Below, piece by piece: positions 1 through 10,948 of a DNA stretch of 64,000 nt. The position numbers and the translations under genes were made by a program. Within the stretch, counting starts at the first letter, position 1. Each line of letters begins with the position of its first letter. The DNA lies in assembly GCA_048213135.1 (NCBI GenBank), contig PS015109.1, forward strand, positions 9,413-73,412, written 5' to 3'. The DNA is from Reclinomonas americana ATCC 50394 (lineage: Eukaryota). Under the pieces are notes generated by a model, which saw nothing but the letters and a program-made list of their open reading frames with translations, was not told the DNA's origin and made no database searches.

Positions 1-98
1 GAGAGAGAGAGAGAGAGAGAGAGAGGAATGTATGAGTGAGAGAGAGTGATCACTCATCGACAAGCCGCTCACTCTCTCTCTCTCTCACCCTCACACAG

Positions 99-557
99 CC
101 TTCCGTGGAAGCCACGGCGAGGGCCCTCGTGCGCGCTTCACCTGTTGCGTGACGCACACTCACTTATGTCTCCCTCGCATCACACCGTCGCTCACATCGC
201 GATGCACACGCGAACGAAACAGCTGTGCCCGGTCGTGCCTACAATCGCTTCCTCGACAACCGCGCCACCCTCCGCGACGCGTACCTGCGTCACCTGCCCG
301 GCAAGCTGCGTCGCGAGGCCGTCTACCACGAGCTGTTTGAGCGCGACGCACGCCTGCGTGCTCGTCGCGATGGAGTGTCCGACGAGGACTTTGACACAGC
401 AGTGCCCGGATTCAGTGGCCACCGTCTTCGTCGCCACCGCCGCTTGTCGCACGCCGAGGCTCCGTCTGCGCGACAACTCGGCTGCGGCAATGGTGGGTGC
501 GACACACGTCGTCGGTGCGCCAATGAGCGTCGCCGTTGGCTCGCCAATGCGTGGTAG
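99..557 (+). CDS. Secreted Arg/His-rich protein, family B, copy 1 (5' exons lie outside the window); exons 99-143 and 223-557
   Basis: Near-identical to 3939-4710. The last exon encodes the same protein and ends CANERRRWLANAW*. Intron 144-222 is GTTGCG..AG. Confidence 0.8.
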
Positions 558-657
558 ATGATGAGTGTTGGTGGTAGATCGATATCAAAGTTTTGTTTGC
601 TTGTTGCCGTCCCTTTTCTTCAATGAAATTCAATCATGTTTTGCATCCACCCCTCGT

Positions 658-791
658 GGTGCCCGAGGCACACCGCGGCCCGCCCCACCCAAGCGGCCTC
701 ACGCCAGCCACACTCTGTTGCGCGGATCTCTTGCGGCGCGAAAGAGCGCTTTGACGAACAGCGTCGCCGGTGGTTGGCCGGTGCTTGGTGA
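658..791 (+). pseudogene. 3' remnant of the family-C gene; the 5' part is deleted
   Basis: Matches 5953-6097 (..EQRRRWLAGAW*) with small indels. It is joined at GGTG to sequence matching 4800-4813. Confidence 0.8.
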
Positions 792-1188
792 AGATCCTCG
801 AGGAAGTGTGTGAATTATGTTTTTCATTGTAGTTGCTGTTGCTGTTGTTGTTATCGCTGCTACACAAGTCTTGCTCGTGCCTGCTGCTCTCGGTAACTCG
901 GCTGTTTCTCCATGACCACATCACCGTCATGATCGTGCGCGATCGACAGCACTGCATTTTGCAACTGTTGGCACTTGCCCACGAACAGCAAGGCAGCAGT
1001 GTTGTCGTTGGACATGTCCATCATGTCAGACAAGCGCAAGCACAGTGGCATCGCTTCTTACTCAGTCCTGAACACGAGAAAACCGATGCAATGCAATGTA
1101 TGTGCTGCGTTCAGTTTCGCACGTTGCTCATCGAATTCACACTGGCTTTGTTTGTTTCTTTTGGTTCGACAGTGGAGAAGAGGAAACC

Positions 1189-1939
1189 ATGCGCACCACC
1201 ACCTGTGTCCTCGTGTTGACTCTCAGCCTGCTGGCGGTGGCCTCACAAGCCGCAAGTTGCGCGCGACTCATTCTTTGCAGCGAAACTGTGTGGTCCCTCT
1301 CTCTCACACTCGCGTACCATCCCCCACACACAGTCCTCCGCGGTCCTCGTGCCTATGACAACCGTAACCTCTCGGTCGCCCAGATCGAGAATCGACCAGG
1401 CGACAGTTGCGTGACCACACCAGCACAACACAACGCTGATGAGTGATATCAAAACTCATCGGTTTCGTACATCTGAACACATACACAGTTCGTCACGTCG
1501 AGCTCAACCAGGACCGCCACCCTGTCTGTTGCGTCCATACACCCATCGCAGGCACTGAATCCCTCTGCAGTCCACTCACCCTCCCACTCTCGCAGCGACA
1601 CCGACTCACCGCTTCCTCGATCGCGATGTGACTCTGGAGGAGATTTACCACCGCTCGCGCCGTGCCATTCGTGCGCTGCACGTGCAGGGTGAGCGTCTGC
1701 GCCACCAAGTGGCCGGCATCTCTCCGGCTGGCGACACGGACGCCATTCGTGCGGCGTGCCTGAGTGCGGAGCGTGCACTGGACGAGACGTGGGCGGCGGC
1801 ACGCGACGGCATTGTGCACAAGAGCATCGACGCTGGCCTGCCCAACGACGGCACCCTCACACACACGCTCGATGACAACCACCAGCGTGAGATCAGCCGC
1901 CTGCATGTGGCGTGTCAGCGTGCGCAGCACAGCTCGTAA
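1189..1939 (+). CDS. Secreted protein family A, member A1 (173 aa); exons 1189-1255, 1334-1405, 1489-1527, 1596-1939
   Basis: Signal peptide MRTTTCVLVLTLSLLAVASQA. The spliced frame is open. Motifs RGPRxYDNRNL, HRFLDRDVT and VACQR are shared with the paralogues. Confidence 0.85.
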
Positions 1940-2620
1940 TTTCCGAGAGACCAAGACCAAGAAGTGTGATGCAGTTTTGTCAATCGTCGTCGCGCCACAC
2001 ATGTGCCGCACAGCAGTAATGTACGTACTGGTAATAGCATACATCGCGGTGGAGGAGAGGAGGAGCGGAGGAGTAAGTGAGAGAGTGAGGGAAGCGCAGC
2101 AGAGAGAGTGAGAATGACAAGGGAGTGAGAGAGAGAGAGAGAGTGAGAGCGACACACACACACACACAGAGCGCGAGAGATGGAGGGAGAGAGATAGATG
2201 AGAGTGGTGCACTGGCAGCAGCCACGCGTGCACACTCACACTCACCACCAATTGCAAGCGATCGCGAGTGAGTGGACTGGTGACGAACTGTCAGCATCAG
2301 ACTCGAAATGTCACACTCCATCAGTCAGGAATGGACGCCTGAGAGGCTGCTCATGTAGCATTACCATTGCCATCTCTCTCTCTCCTCTCGTACATCTTCC
2401 TCGCGCCACAAAACCACGTGTTCGATATTTGAAATACTGGTGCATGTGCTGGAGAAGTTATCGTCGTCACTGCCGACTGCATGCCTTGATGACGGAGTCG
2501 ATCTAGTGCAGGCAACAACAGCAGTCTTAGCATTCAACACAGCCAACCATTGCGCAGCAGGTGAAAAGTGGACAGGTAAAACATGCGAATTCTGTTGTAC
2601 ACTTTCTAAAGCGCAGCTGT

Positions 2621-3309
2621 TCACGAGCTCTTCACGGCACGCTGGCAGGTGACGTGCAGGCGGCTGACCTCGCGCTGGAAGTCATTGTCCAGCGTGTGAG
2701 TCAGGCTGCCGTCGTTGGGCAGACCGGCGTCCTGGATCTTGCTGATAATGTTGCGGCGCTCGGCGGACCAGATGCCAGAGAGAGCGCGCTCGGCCTGCAG
2801 GCACACAGTGCGCACGGCATCGGTGTCACCGCGGATGCTCTTGTCGTTGGCCTTGGCGCGTCCCTTGTCGCCGGCAATGTGCAGGGCGCGAATGGCACGG
2901 CGAGTGCGGTGGTAGATCTCCTCAAGAGTCACGTCACGGTCGAGGTAGCGGTGGACAGGGTCAGCTGCAGCAGGCAAGAAGAGAGAGAGGTGTGAGTGGA
3001 GGTGGCGGGCAAGGGCAAAGGAGAGAGAAAGGCGAGGCAACGCAACAGACGGGGTGCTGGTTGAGGTTCAGTTCGTTGTGGCGAATGTCTCCGGGGCGGT
3101 TCTCAATGTCCTGCACCGACAGGTTGCGGTTGTCGTACGGACGAGGTCCACGAGTGACTGCGAGGGGTCACAAAGTGTGAGTGAGAGAGTGTGAGTGAGT
3201 GGAGGGAGACGGGGAGACGAGGGAGAACGGAACTGCCATCACCACGGGCACTGACGGTCACGGCCACGAGGCACAAGACCAGAGCAAAGACGAGAGTCGA
3301 GCGGATCAT
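2621..3309 (-). CDS. Secreted protein family A, member A2 (176 aa); exons 3309-3234, 3157-3047, 2964-2621
   Basis: Signal peptide MIRSTLVFALVLCLVAVTVSA, followed by RGPRPYDNRNL..HRYLDRDVTLEEIYHR..LHVTCQRA. Confidence 0.85.
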
Positions 3310-3938
3310 GGTAGTGTCTGGGTTGGGGCTGCTGGTCTGCGCTCGCAACACAAGGCTAAAGGCAAGTGATCACTTCCGGCTATTGGCAGGAATTGATCCG
3401 GACTATTCGCGCTGCGATGGTTGGACACAGCCGCCGTGTCCGAAATGTAAGCCGCTCGCTCTCTCACCTTGCATGCAAGCAGGCTAGCAGGCAAGAAGAC
3501 CACTGCTTCCATTCAGTGCTATCGCCATTGTCGATACAACCACTGTGCTGGTGCAGAGAGAGCAGAATCGTGTGCAAGCAGTTCCGGTTTTTCAGTGCAA
3601 GTGTGTTCGGTCCCATTATCGATCGAAGTCGAGACATGCGACCAGCCTCGCGTGCATCGTAGTGCGTGGTGGAACACTCGGGGGGATAGATGCACTTGTA
3701 CACGCAATCTTAATGATCTTTGTGCTTGACGTGACGGCCAAGCTGCGGAATGCGGACAACCATGTAGCCGGCAGAATCTGGGTCCAGATTTAACAGGAGA
3801 TGTGTCCATGCACCACCGCGTAGCTGCACGAAGGCAACACCACTTGTGTGCGAGAGGAAGAAATCCGATTCATTGTCACCTCTGAATCAAATTTGGAAAT
3901 ACTGGTTTTCTTTCAGTCGAAGAGTGAGCAAAGGAGGC

Positions 3939-4135
3939 ATGCGCGCTGTGTTGATCATCGCCGTGACTGTCTGCCTGTTGGCGGTGGTCGGGAGTGCTGC
4001 AAGTTGCGCGCACACACTCTGTCAGCTCGCCATCACCACAGCGCACTCACTTGCTTTTTCTCCTTGCGTGCAGTTCCTCGTCACCGACACAGGCGCAACT
4101 TTGTGAATCGTTGAGTATGCAAGAGAGAGAATGAT

Positions 4136-4166
<31 letters not shown>

Positions 4167-4710
4167 CAGAGAAAGACAGAGAGAGAGAGAGGAATGTATG
4201 AGTGAGAGAGAGTGCTCACTCATCGACAAGCTACTCACGCTCTCTCTCACCCTCACACAGCATTGCGTGGAAGCCACGGCGAGGGCCCTCGTGCGCGCTT
4301 CACCTGTTGCGTGACGCACACACACTTATGTCTCCCTCGCATCACACCGTCGCTCACATTGCGATGCATGCGCAGCTGTGCCCGGTCGTGCCTACAATCG
4401 CTTCCTCGACAATCGCGCCACCCTCCGCGATGCATACCTGCGTCACCTGCCTGGCAAGCTGCGTCGCGAGGCCGTCTACCACGAGCTGTTTGAGCGCGAC
4501 GCACGCCTGCGTGCTCGTCGCGATGGAGTGTCCGACGAGGACTTTGACACGGCAGTGCCCGGATTCAGTGGCCACCGTCTTCGTCGCCACCGCCGCTTGT
4601 CGCACGCCGAGGCTCCATCTGCGCGACAGCTCGGCTGCGGCAATGGTGGGTGCGACACACGTCGTCGGTGCGCCAATGAGCGTCGCCGTTGGCTCGCCAA
4701 TGCGTGGTAG
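3939..4710 (+). CDS. Secreted Arg/His-rich protein family B, copy 2 (159 aa); exons 3939-4002, 4074-4109, 4261-4305, 4376-4710
   Basis: Signal peptide MRAVLIIAVTVCLLAVVGSA. Three phase-1 GT-AG introns give an open frame. Confidence 0.85.
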
Positions 4711-5121
4711 ATGATGCGTGGTGGTGGTAGATTGATGTCAAAGTTTTGTTTGCTTGTTGCCGTCCCTTTTCTTCAATGAATTCAATCATGTTTTGCATCA
4801 ACCCCTCGTGGTGACACAACTGTGCGCATGCAAGTCGCATGCCAGCAAGCGATCAAGAACTTGAGGATCGCGAGCAGTTGCGAGAACACTCGTGCGCAAG
4901 GTGAACGAATCCTGGAAGAAAGTTGGGCACTCATGCCAGTCGATTTGTCCGCAGCGCACAGCAGGTGAGTGGTTATGTTCGCAGCGTGCAGCAGGTGAGT
5001 GTTCACAGCCGGCTCATGATATTGTCGTTTTGTTATTCGCGATTACGGTTACTGTAGTGTAATATGAAATACGTTTCGTGAGTTATTTCGGACGTGAGGA
5101 GAGAAGAAAAGGAGTCAAACC

Positions 5122-6097
5122 ATGCGGGTGCTTTCCGTGTCTCGAGTGCTCGTCTCATGTGTGCTGGTGGTGGTGGCGGTGATGGCGACCGTGACATGTG
5201 GTAAACGCAGCGCGTGCTGTTGCCTCTCACGCTGCTGCGCGGCGGTGACTCTGTGTGTGATTCTCACTCTCGTCCGATCTGCGCAGCCGCCCGTCCTCAT
5301 CAGCCACCGCCAGCAAACTTCCCTGCGCGCTTTCCCCAGTGTTGCGTTCCGCGCGCACGCACTCCGCAGCGCAGCGGTGTTTCACGCAGACTCACTCCCA
5401 CCATCGATCAGTTTTGCCACCGTTCGCCGACCATCGTCCCACATTCGGGCGTGGTATCCTGGATGCTCGCGTCCCCCAGTGTTGAGTGCTACTTCTCGTT
5501 CCTACTCCCTCTCTCCTCCTCCACTCTACTGCGCGTTCACAACACCACGCAGTCCTCCCGCCGTACATGCGCCCACAAGACATCAACGATTTTTCCTTCT
5601 TGAGTGACTTCGACGATCTCGACCACGACCGCTCGTACGCTGTGGGTTGCGTTGTGGCTGTGTGCACGTGTGGAGCACAGGATACTGTACGCTGTACCTC
5701 GTGTGCGCGAACTCTCATGCAACCTGCACGCACAGCATTGCCCGGACGCACGTACCCCCACTTGTTCCACACGCTACAGCACGATCTGATTGGCTTCTCG
5801 CCAGCCGCCGCCACCGCACACGTGCACGACAACCACCATCATGGCCACGGAGCTGCAGGTGTGACTCCCTTTGTGCGCGGCACTGGTGAGCGTGACGAGA
5901 TCTTCCGTGCCCGCCACGACATTGCAAATCTGCCTCCGGCAGACAAGAAGCCGGTGCCGAAGGCACACCGCGGACCCGCCCCACCCAAGCGGCCTCACGC
6001 CAAGCATCCTCTGTTGCGCGACGCACCGCGGTTCTCCTGCGGCGCGAACGAGCGCTGTGACGAACAGCGTCGCCGGTGGTTGGCCGGTGCTTGGTGA
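5122..6097 (+). CDS. Secreted Pro/His/Arg-rich protein C, related to family B (218 aa); exons 5122-5200, 5287-5340, 5412-5480, 5553-5645, 5736-6097
   Basis: Hydrophobic N-terminus and four phase-1 introns giving an open frame. It shares ARF, PGRxY and the C-terminal CxxxRRRWLAxAW* with family B. Confidence 0.8.
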
Positions 6098-6498
6098 TGA
6101 AGATCCTCGAGGAAGTGTGTGAATTATGTTTTGCATTGTAGTTGCTGTTGCTGTTGTTGTTATCGCTGCTACACCAGTCTTGCTCGTGCCTGCTCTTCTC
6201 GGTAACTCGGCTGTTTCTCCATGGCCACATCACCGTCATGATCGTGCGCGATCGACAGCACTGCATTTTGCAACTGTTGGCACTTGCCCACGAACAGCAA
6301 GGCAGCAGAGTTGTCGTTGGACATGTCCATCATGCCAGACCAGCGCAAGCACAATGGCATCACTTCTTACACAGTCCTGGACACGAGTAAACCAATGCAA
6401 TGCAATGTATGTGCTGCGTTCAGTTTCGCACGTTGCTCATCGAATTCACACTGGCTTTGTTGTTTGTCTTTTGGTTCGACAGTGGAGAAGAGGAAACC

Positions 6499-7246
6499 AT
6501 GCGCACCACCACCTGTGTCCTCGTGTTGACTCTCAGCCTGCTGGCGGTGGCCTCACAAGCCGCAAGTTGCGCGCGACTCATTCTTTGCAGCGAAACTGTG
6601 TGGTCCCTCTCTCTCACACTCGCGTACCATCCCCCACACACAGTCCTCCGCGGTCCTCGTGCCTATGACAACCGAAACCTCTCGGTCGCCCAGATCGAGA
6701 ACCGACCAGGCGACAGTTGCGTGACCATACCAGCACAACACAACGCGGAGTGATAACAAAACTCATCAGTTTCGTACATCTGAACACATACACAGTTCGT
6801 CACGTCGAGCTCAACCAGGACCGCCACCCTGTCTGTTGCGTCCATCCACCCATCGCAGGCTCTGAATCCCTCTGCAGTCCACTCACCCTCTCACTCCCGC
6901 AGCGACACCGACCCACCGCTTCCTCGATCGCGATGTGACTCTGGAGGAGATTTACCATCGCTCACGCCGTGCCATTCGTGCGCTGCACGTGCAGGGTGAG
7001 CGTCTGCGCCACCAAGTGGCCGGCATCTCTCCGGCTGGCGACACGGACGCCATTCGTGCGGCGTGCCTGAGTGCGGAGCGTGCACTGGACGAGACGTGGG
7101 CGGCGGCGCGTGACGGCATTGTGCACAAGAGCATCGACGCTGGCCTGCCCAACGACGGCACCCTCACACACACGCTCGATGACAACCACCAGCGCGAGAT
7201 CAGCCGCCTGCATGTGGCGTGCCAGCGCGCGCAGCACAGCTCGTAA
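6499..7246 (+). CDS. Secreted protein family A, member A3 (duplicate of A1, 4 exons)
   Basis: Same exon structure as A1. The last-exon protein is identical, with only synonymous changes seen. Confidence 0.85.
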
Positions 7247-8206
7247 CTTCCGAGAGATCAAGAAGTGTGATGCAGTGTGATGCAGTTTTGTCAATCGTCG
7301 CGCGCCAGACATGTGCCGCACAGCAGTAATGTACGTACTGGTAATAGCATCCATCGNNNNNNNNNNNNNNNNNNNNNNNNNNNNNNNNNNNNNNNNNNNN
7401 NNNNNNNNNNNNNNNNNNNNNNNNNNNNNNNNNNNNNNNNNNNNNNNNNNNNNNNNNNNNNNNNNNNNNNNNNNNNNNNNNNNNNNNNNNNNNNNNNNNN
7501 NNNNNNNNNNNNNNNNNNNNNNNNNNNNNNNNNNNNNNNNNNNNNNNNNNNNNNNNNNNNNNNNNNNNNNNNNNNNNNNNNNNNNNNNNNNNNNNNNNNN
7601 NNNNNNNNNNNNNNNNNNNNNNNNNNNNNNNNNNNNNNNNNNNNNNNNNNNNNNNNNNNNNNNNNNNNNNNNNNNNNNNNNNNNNNNNNNNNNNNNNNNN
7701 NNNNNNNNNNNNNNNNNNNNNNNNNNNNNNNNNNNNNNNNNNNNNNNNNNNNNNNNNNNNNNNNNNNNNNNNNNNNNNNNNNNNNNNNNNNNNNNNNNNN
7801 NNNNNNNNNNNNNNNNNNNNNNNNNNNNNNNNNNNNNNNNNNNNNNNNNNNNNNNNNNNNNNNNNNNNNNNNNNNNNNNNNNNNNNNNNNNNNNNNNNNN
7901 NNNNNNNNNNNNNNNNNNNNNNNNNNNNNNNNNNNNNNNNNNNNNNNNNNNNNNNNNNNNNNNNNNNNNNNNNNNNNNNNNNNNNNNNNNNNNNNNNNNN
8001 NNNNNNNNNNNNNNNNNNNNNNNNNNNNNNNNNNNNNNNNNNNNNNNNNNNNNNNNNNNNNNNNNNNNNNNNNNNNNNNNNNNNNNNNNNNNNNNNNNNN
8101 NNNNNNNNNNNNNNNNNNNNNNNNNNNNNNNNNNNNNNNNNNNNNNNNNNNNNAGAGCTCGAGTGAGGGAAGCGCGACAGATCTAGAGTGAGTGACAATG
8201 ACATGG

Positions 8207-8245
<39 letters not shown>

Positions 8246-8942
8246 CGGGATAGAGACGGAGGGAGAGAGAGAGAGATGAGAGTGGTGCACTGGCAGCAGC
8301 CACTCGTGTGCACTCACACTCACCACCGATTGCAAGCGAGTGAGTGGACTGGTGACGAACTGTCAGCATCAGACTCGAAATGCTGCACTCCATCAGTCAG
8401 GAATGGACGCCTGAGAGGCTGCTCATGTAGCATTACCATTACCATCTCTCTCTTCTCTCGTACATCTTCCTCGCGCCACAAAACCACGTGTTCGATATTT
8501 GAAATACTGGCGAAGACAACACCATCACCGCAGCGATATAACAAGCAGAAAGCGTGTCCTGACCGCTGAGTCCAACCACATACAGTCGCAGCATGTCTTC
8601 AGTGCGCAGCATGTGCGTGCCTGCGTTCGCGCTCGCGTCGTGACGAGTGGAGACCTCCAGAAGATTGTGGATGCACCACCACACAGCATGGGCCCTCCTC
8701 TCTCTCTCTCACCACGCATTCTATTAGGCCCCGCATAAGTGCATTTAATTCGCAGGAACGCCAAACAGCAAAACAGTGAACTCTACAGTACAACAACAGA
8801 TACCAAAAATCAGCGACATCATGCATGCGCATGCAGCAGTGTGGCAGATATGTGCGTGTGTGACACACACCAAAGTGTGCGTCAGGAGAAGGAGAGACAA
8901 AAAGAGAGATATCAAAACTCTCTCACTTCCTCTCTCGGAAAC

Positions 8943-9615
8943 TTACTGCTTCTTGTCGGTCTCCGAGCGCTGGCAAGCCACGGAAATGCGGCTCTGCTGG
9001 CGCTCGTAGTTGACGTTGAGCAGGTGAGTGAGGTCGGCAGCCACCGGCAGACCAGCCGCGGCAATCTTCTGCTCAATGCCCGTGCGCTCCTTGTTCCACG
9101 CGTTGCGCAGCTCGCGCTCCGCCTCTGTGCACAGAATGCGGAGGGCCGGCAGGTCACCGTGGAAGCGCGGAGCGCGGATGTTCTTGCGCAGCTTGTCGCC
9201 CACGTTGCGCAGAGTGCGGATGCCACGGCGAGTGCGGAAACCGATCTCAGTGAGCGTCACGTCGCGGTCGAGCAGGCGGTGCGAGTGAGGAGCTGCAAAG
9301 CAAAAACGGGACGGAAGTCAGCGAAACAGAGCATTGTCCCGAGTGGCGAGAGAAGGAGAGAAAAGAGTGGACTCAACTCGCCGGCCTCGCCTCCACCTCG
9401 GACAGCGGCAGGTTGCGGTTGTCGTACCAGCGCGGACCGCGGGTGACTGTTCTCACAGGAGAGAGAGATCGTTGGTGAGCACAATGGCCAGTGCGATTAG
9501 GATCGTGTATGCATGTGCATGCGCAACTGTTGTCAGCGGCGCTGGCGCACATCGCACACAGCAGCACGGCGGCCACGGCCACAAGGAGGAGAGACGAGGT
9601 CTTGACGATGGACAT
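8943..9615 (-). CDS. Secreted protein family A, divergent member A4 (168 aa); exons 9615-9528, 9446-9378, 9292-8943
   Basis: Signal peptide MSIVKTSSLLLVAVAAVLLCAMCASA, followed by RGPRWYDNRNL, HRLLDRDVT and ISVACQR. Confidence 0.85.
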
Positions 9616-10182
9616 GGTTGCAATCGGGCAAGTGGCCTTGGCTCGCAGACAATAGAAGAATTAATGTGTCCGAATCTGAAAGTGAGTTGGCGATCGCCCG
9701 CGTCCCACCTGCACATGCATATCGAGGAGGCCACTCAGACGCACACGGAGAGAGAGAGAGAAATGAAAGTGGCAGAGAGTGGGCAGGTGCTCGATGCAGC
9801 AGCAAAGAACAGGCTTTGAGCGCGCAGAAAAAACGGTTGCGAATTCTCGACTCGCTGCGAGAGCTCGACCTGGTTTCCGCCAACAGTTCGCCAAGATGCA
9901 CTTGTGCCGAATGACAACCAGCCGTGTGCATACCTGGATCAAGGCCAACTCGTGAGGCGCGGACGAGATGCAACATGCCTGGCACACATACACGAGAAAC
10001 AAAAGTTTGTCCGAACCGATATCTGTATCCCCGTAAAAGGAACAACAAAGGCCCGCTGCTCCCCTCTCCCCATCCATGTCACCGCTTTCGTTGCTGGTGT
10101 TGTCGTCTCTCCGCACACAGATAGCCTGGAGTGACTGCCAACGCACTTTTGTTGCTGACAGGACAGTCGACATCGACCTCGA

Positions 10183-10860
10183 ATGTGGCTTCTTGTGAGC
10201 GAAGCATGTCCACCCGACGTGCGCGACCTCTCGCTGCTGGATGGTAAACAACAAGACCACCTCCTTGTCCACCAACACGCACTCACTTACACTCACACAC
10301 AGCATCACACTATCTGTGTGCGTTCATCTGCAATCGCGCGTACACTGTCGGGCGCAATGGTGAGCTCTCTCTCTCTCTCACACACACGCACACTCTCTGA
10401 CTCACACACGCGCGCGCACACACACAGAGGAAAACAGCGACATCTTGCTGCAGAACGACAAGTCGATCTCACGGTATGAGTTGTCTCTCACTGGACCACA
10501 CTTTGACGACACACACACACACTCATGCATTATCACAGAGAGCACGCAAAGATCTCTGTTGAGATGCTCTCTGCAGACGAGCTGGTANNNNNNNNNNNNN
10601 NNNNNNNNNNNNNNNNNNNNNNNNNNNNNNNNNNNNNNNNNNNNNNNNNNNNNNNNNNNNNNNNNNNNNNNNNNNNNNNNNNNNNNNNNNNNNNNNNNNN
10701 NNNNNNNNNNNNNNNNNNNNNNNNNNNNNNNNNNNNNNNNNNNNNNNNNNNNNNNNNNNNNNNNNNNNNNNNNNNNNNNNNNNNNNNNNNNNNNNNNNNN
10801 NNNNNNNNNNNNNNNNNNNNNNNNNNNNNNNNNNNNNNNNNNNNNNNNNNNNNNNNNNNN

Positions 10861-10948
<88 letters not shown>

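Larger units (their letters stand above)
1..2440 (+). repeat. Segmental duplication, copy 1 (B - deleted C - A); copy 2 is at ~4170-8510
   Basis: Long near-identity between the copies, including intergenic DNA. Homology ends at ttcgatatttgaaatactgg (2440 and 8510). Confidence 0.9.
4170..8510 (+). repeat. Segmental duplication, copy 2 (B - C - A), interrupted by a gap; left edge may extend further
   Basis: Near-identity to 1-2440, apart from a 1143-bp segment that copy 1 lacks. Confidence 0.85.

Noticed and set aside
46-561. Longer overlapping ORFs 46-561 and 4202-4714
   Set aside because: Differences between the copies are synonymous only in the 225-557 frame.
860-1051. 63-aa minus-strand ORF present in both duplicate copies
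   Set aside because: Recent duplication explains its conservation. It has several amino-acid changes and no coding evidence.
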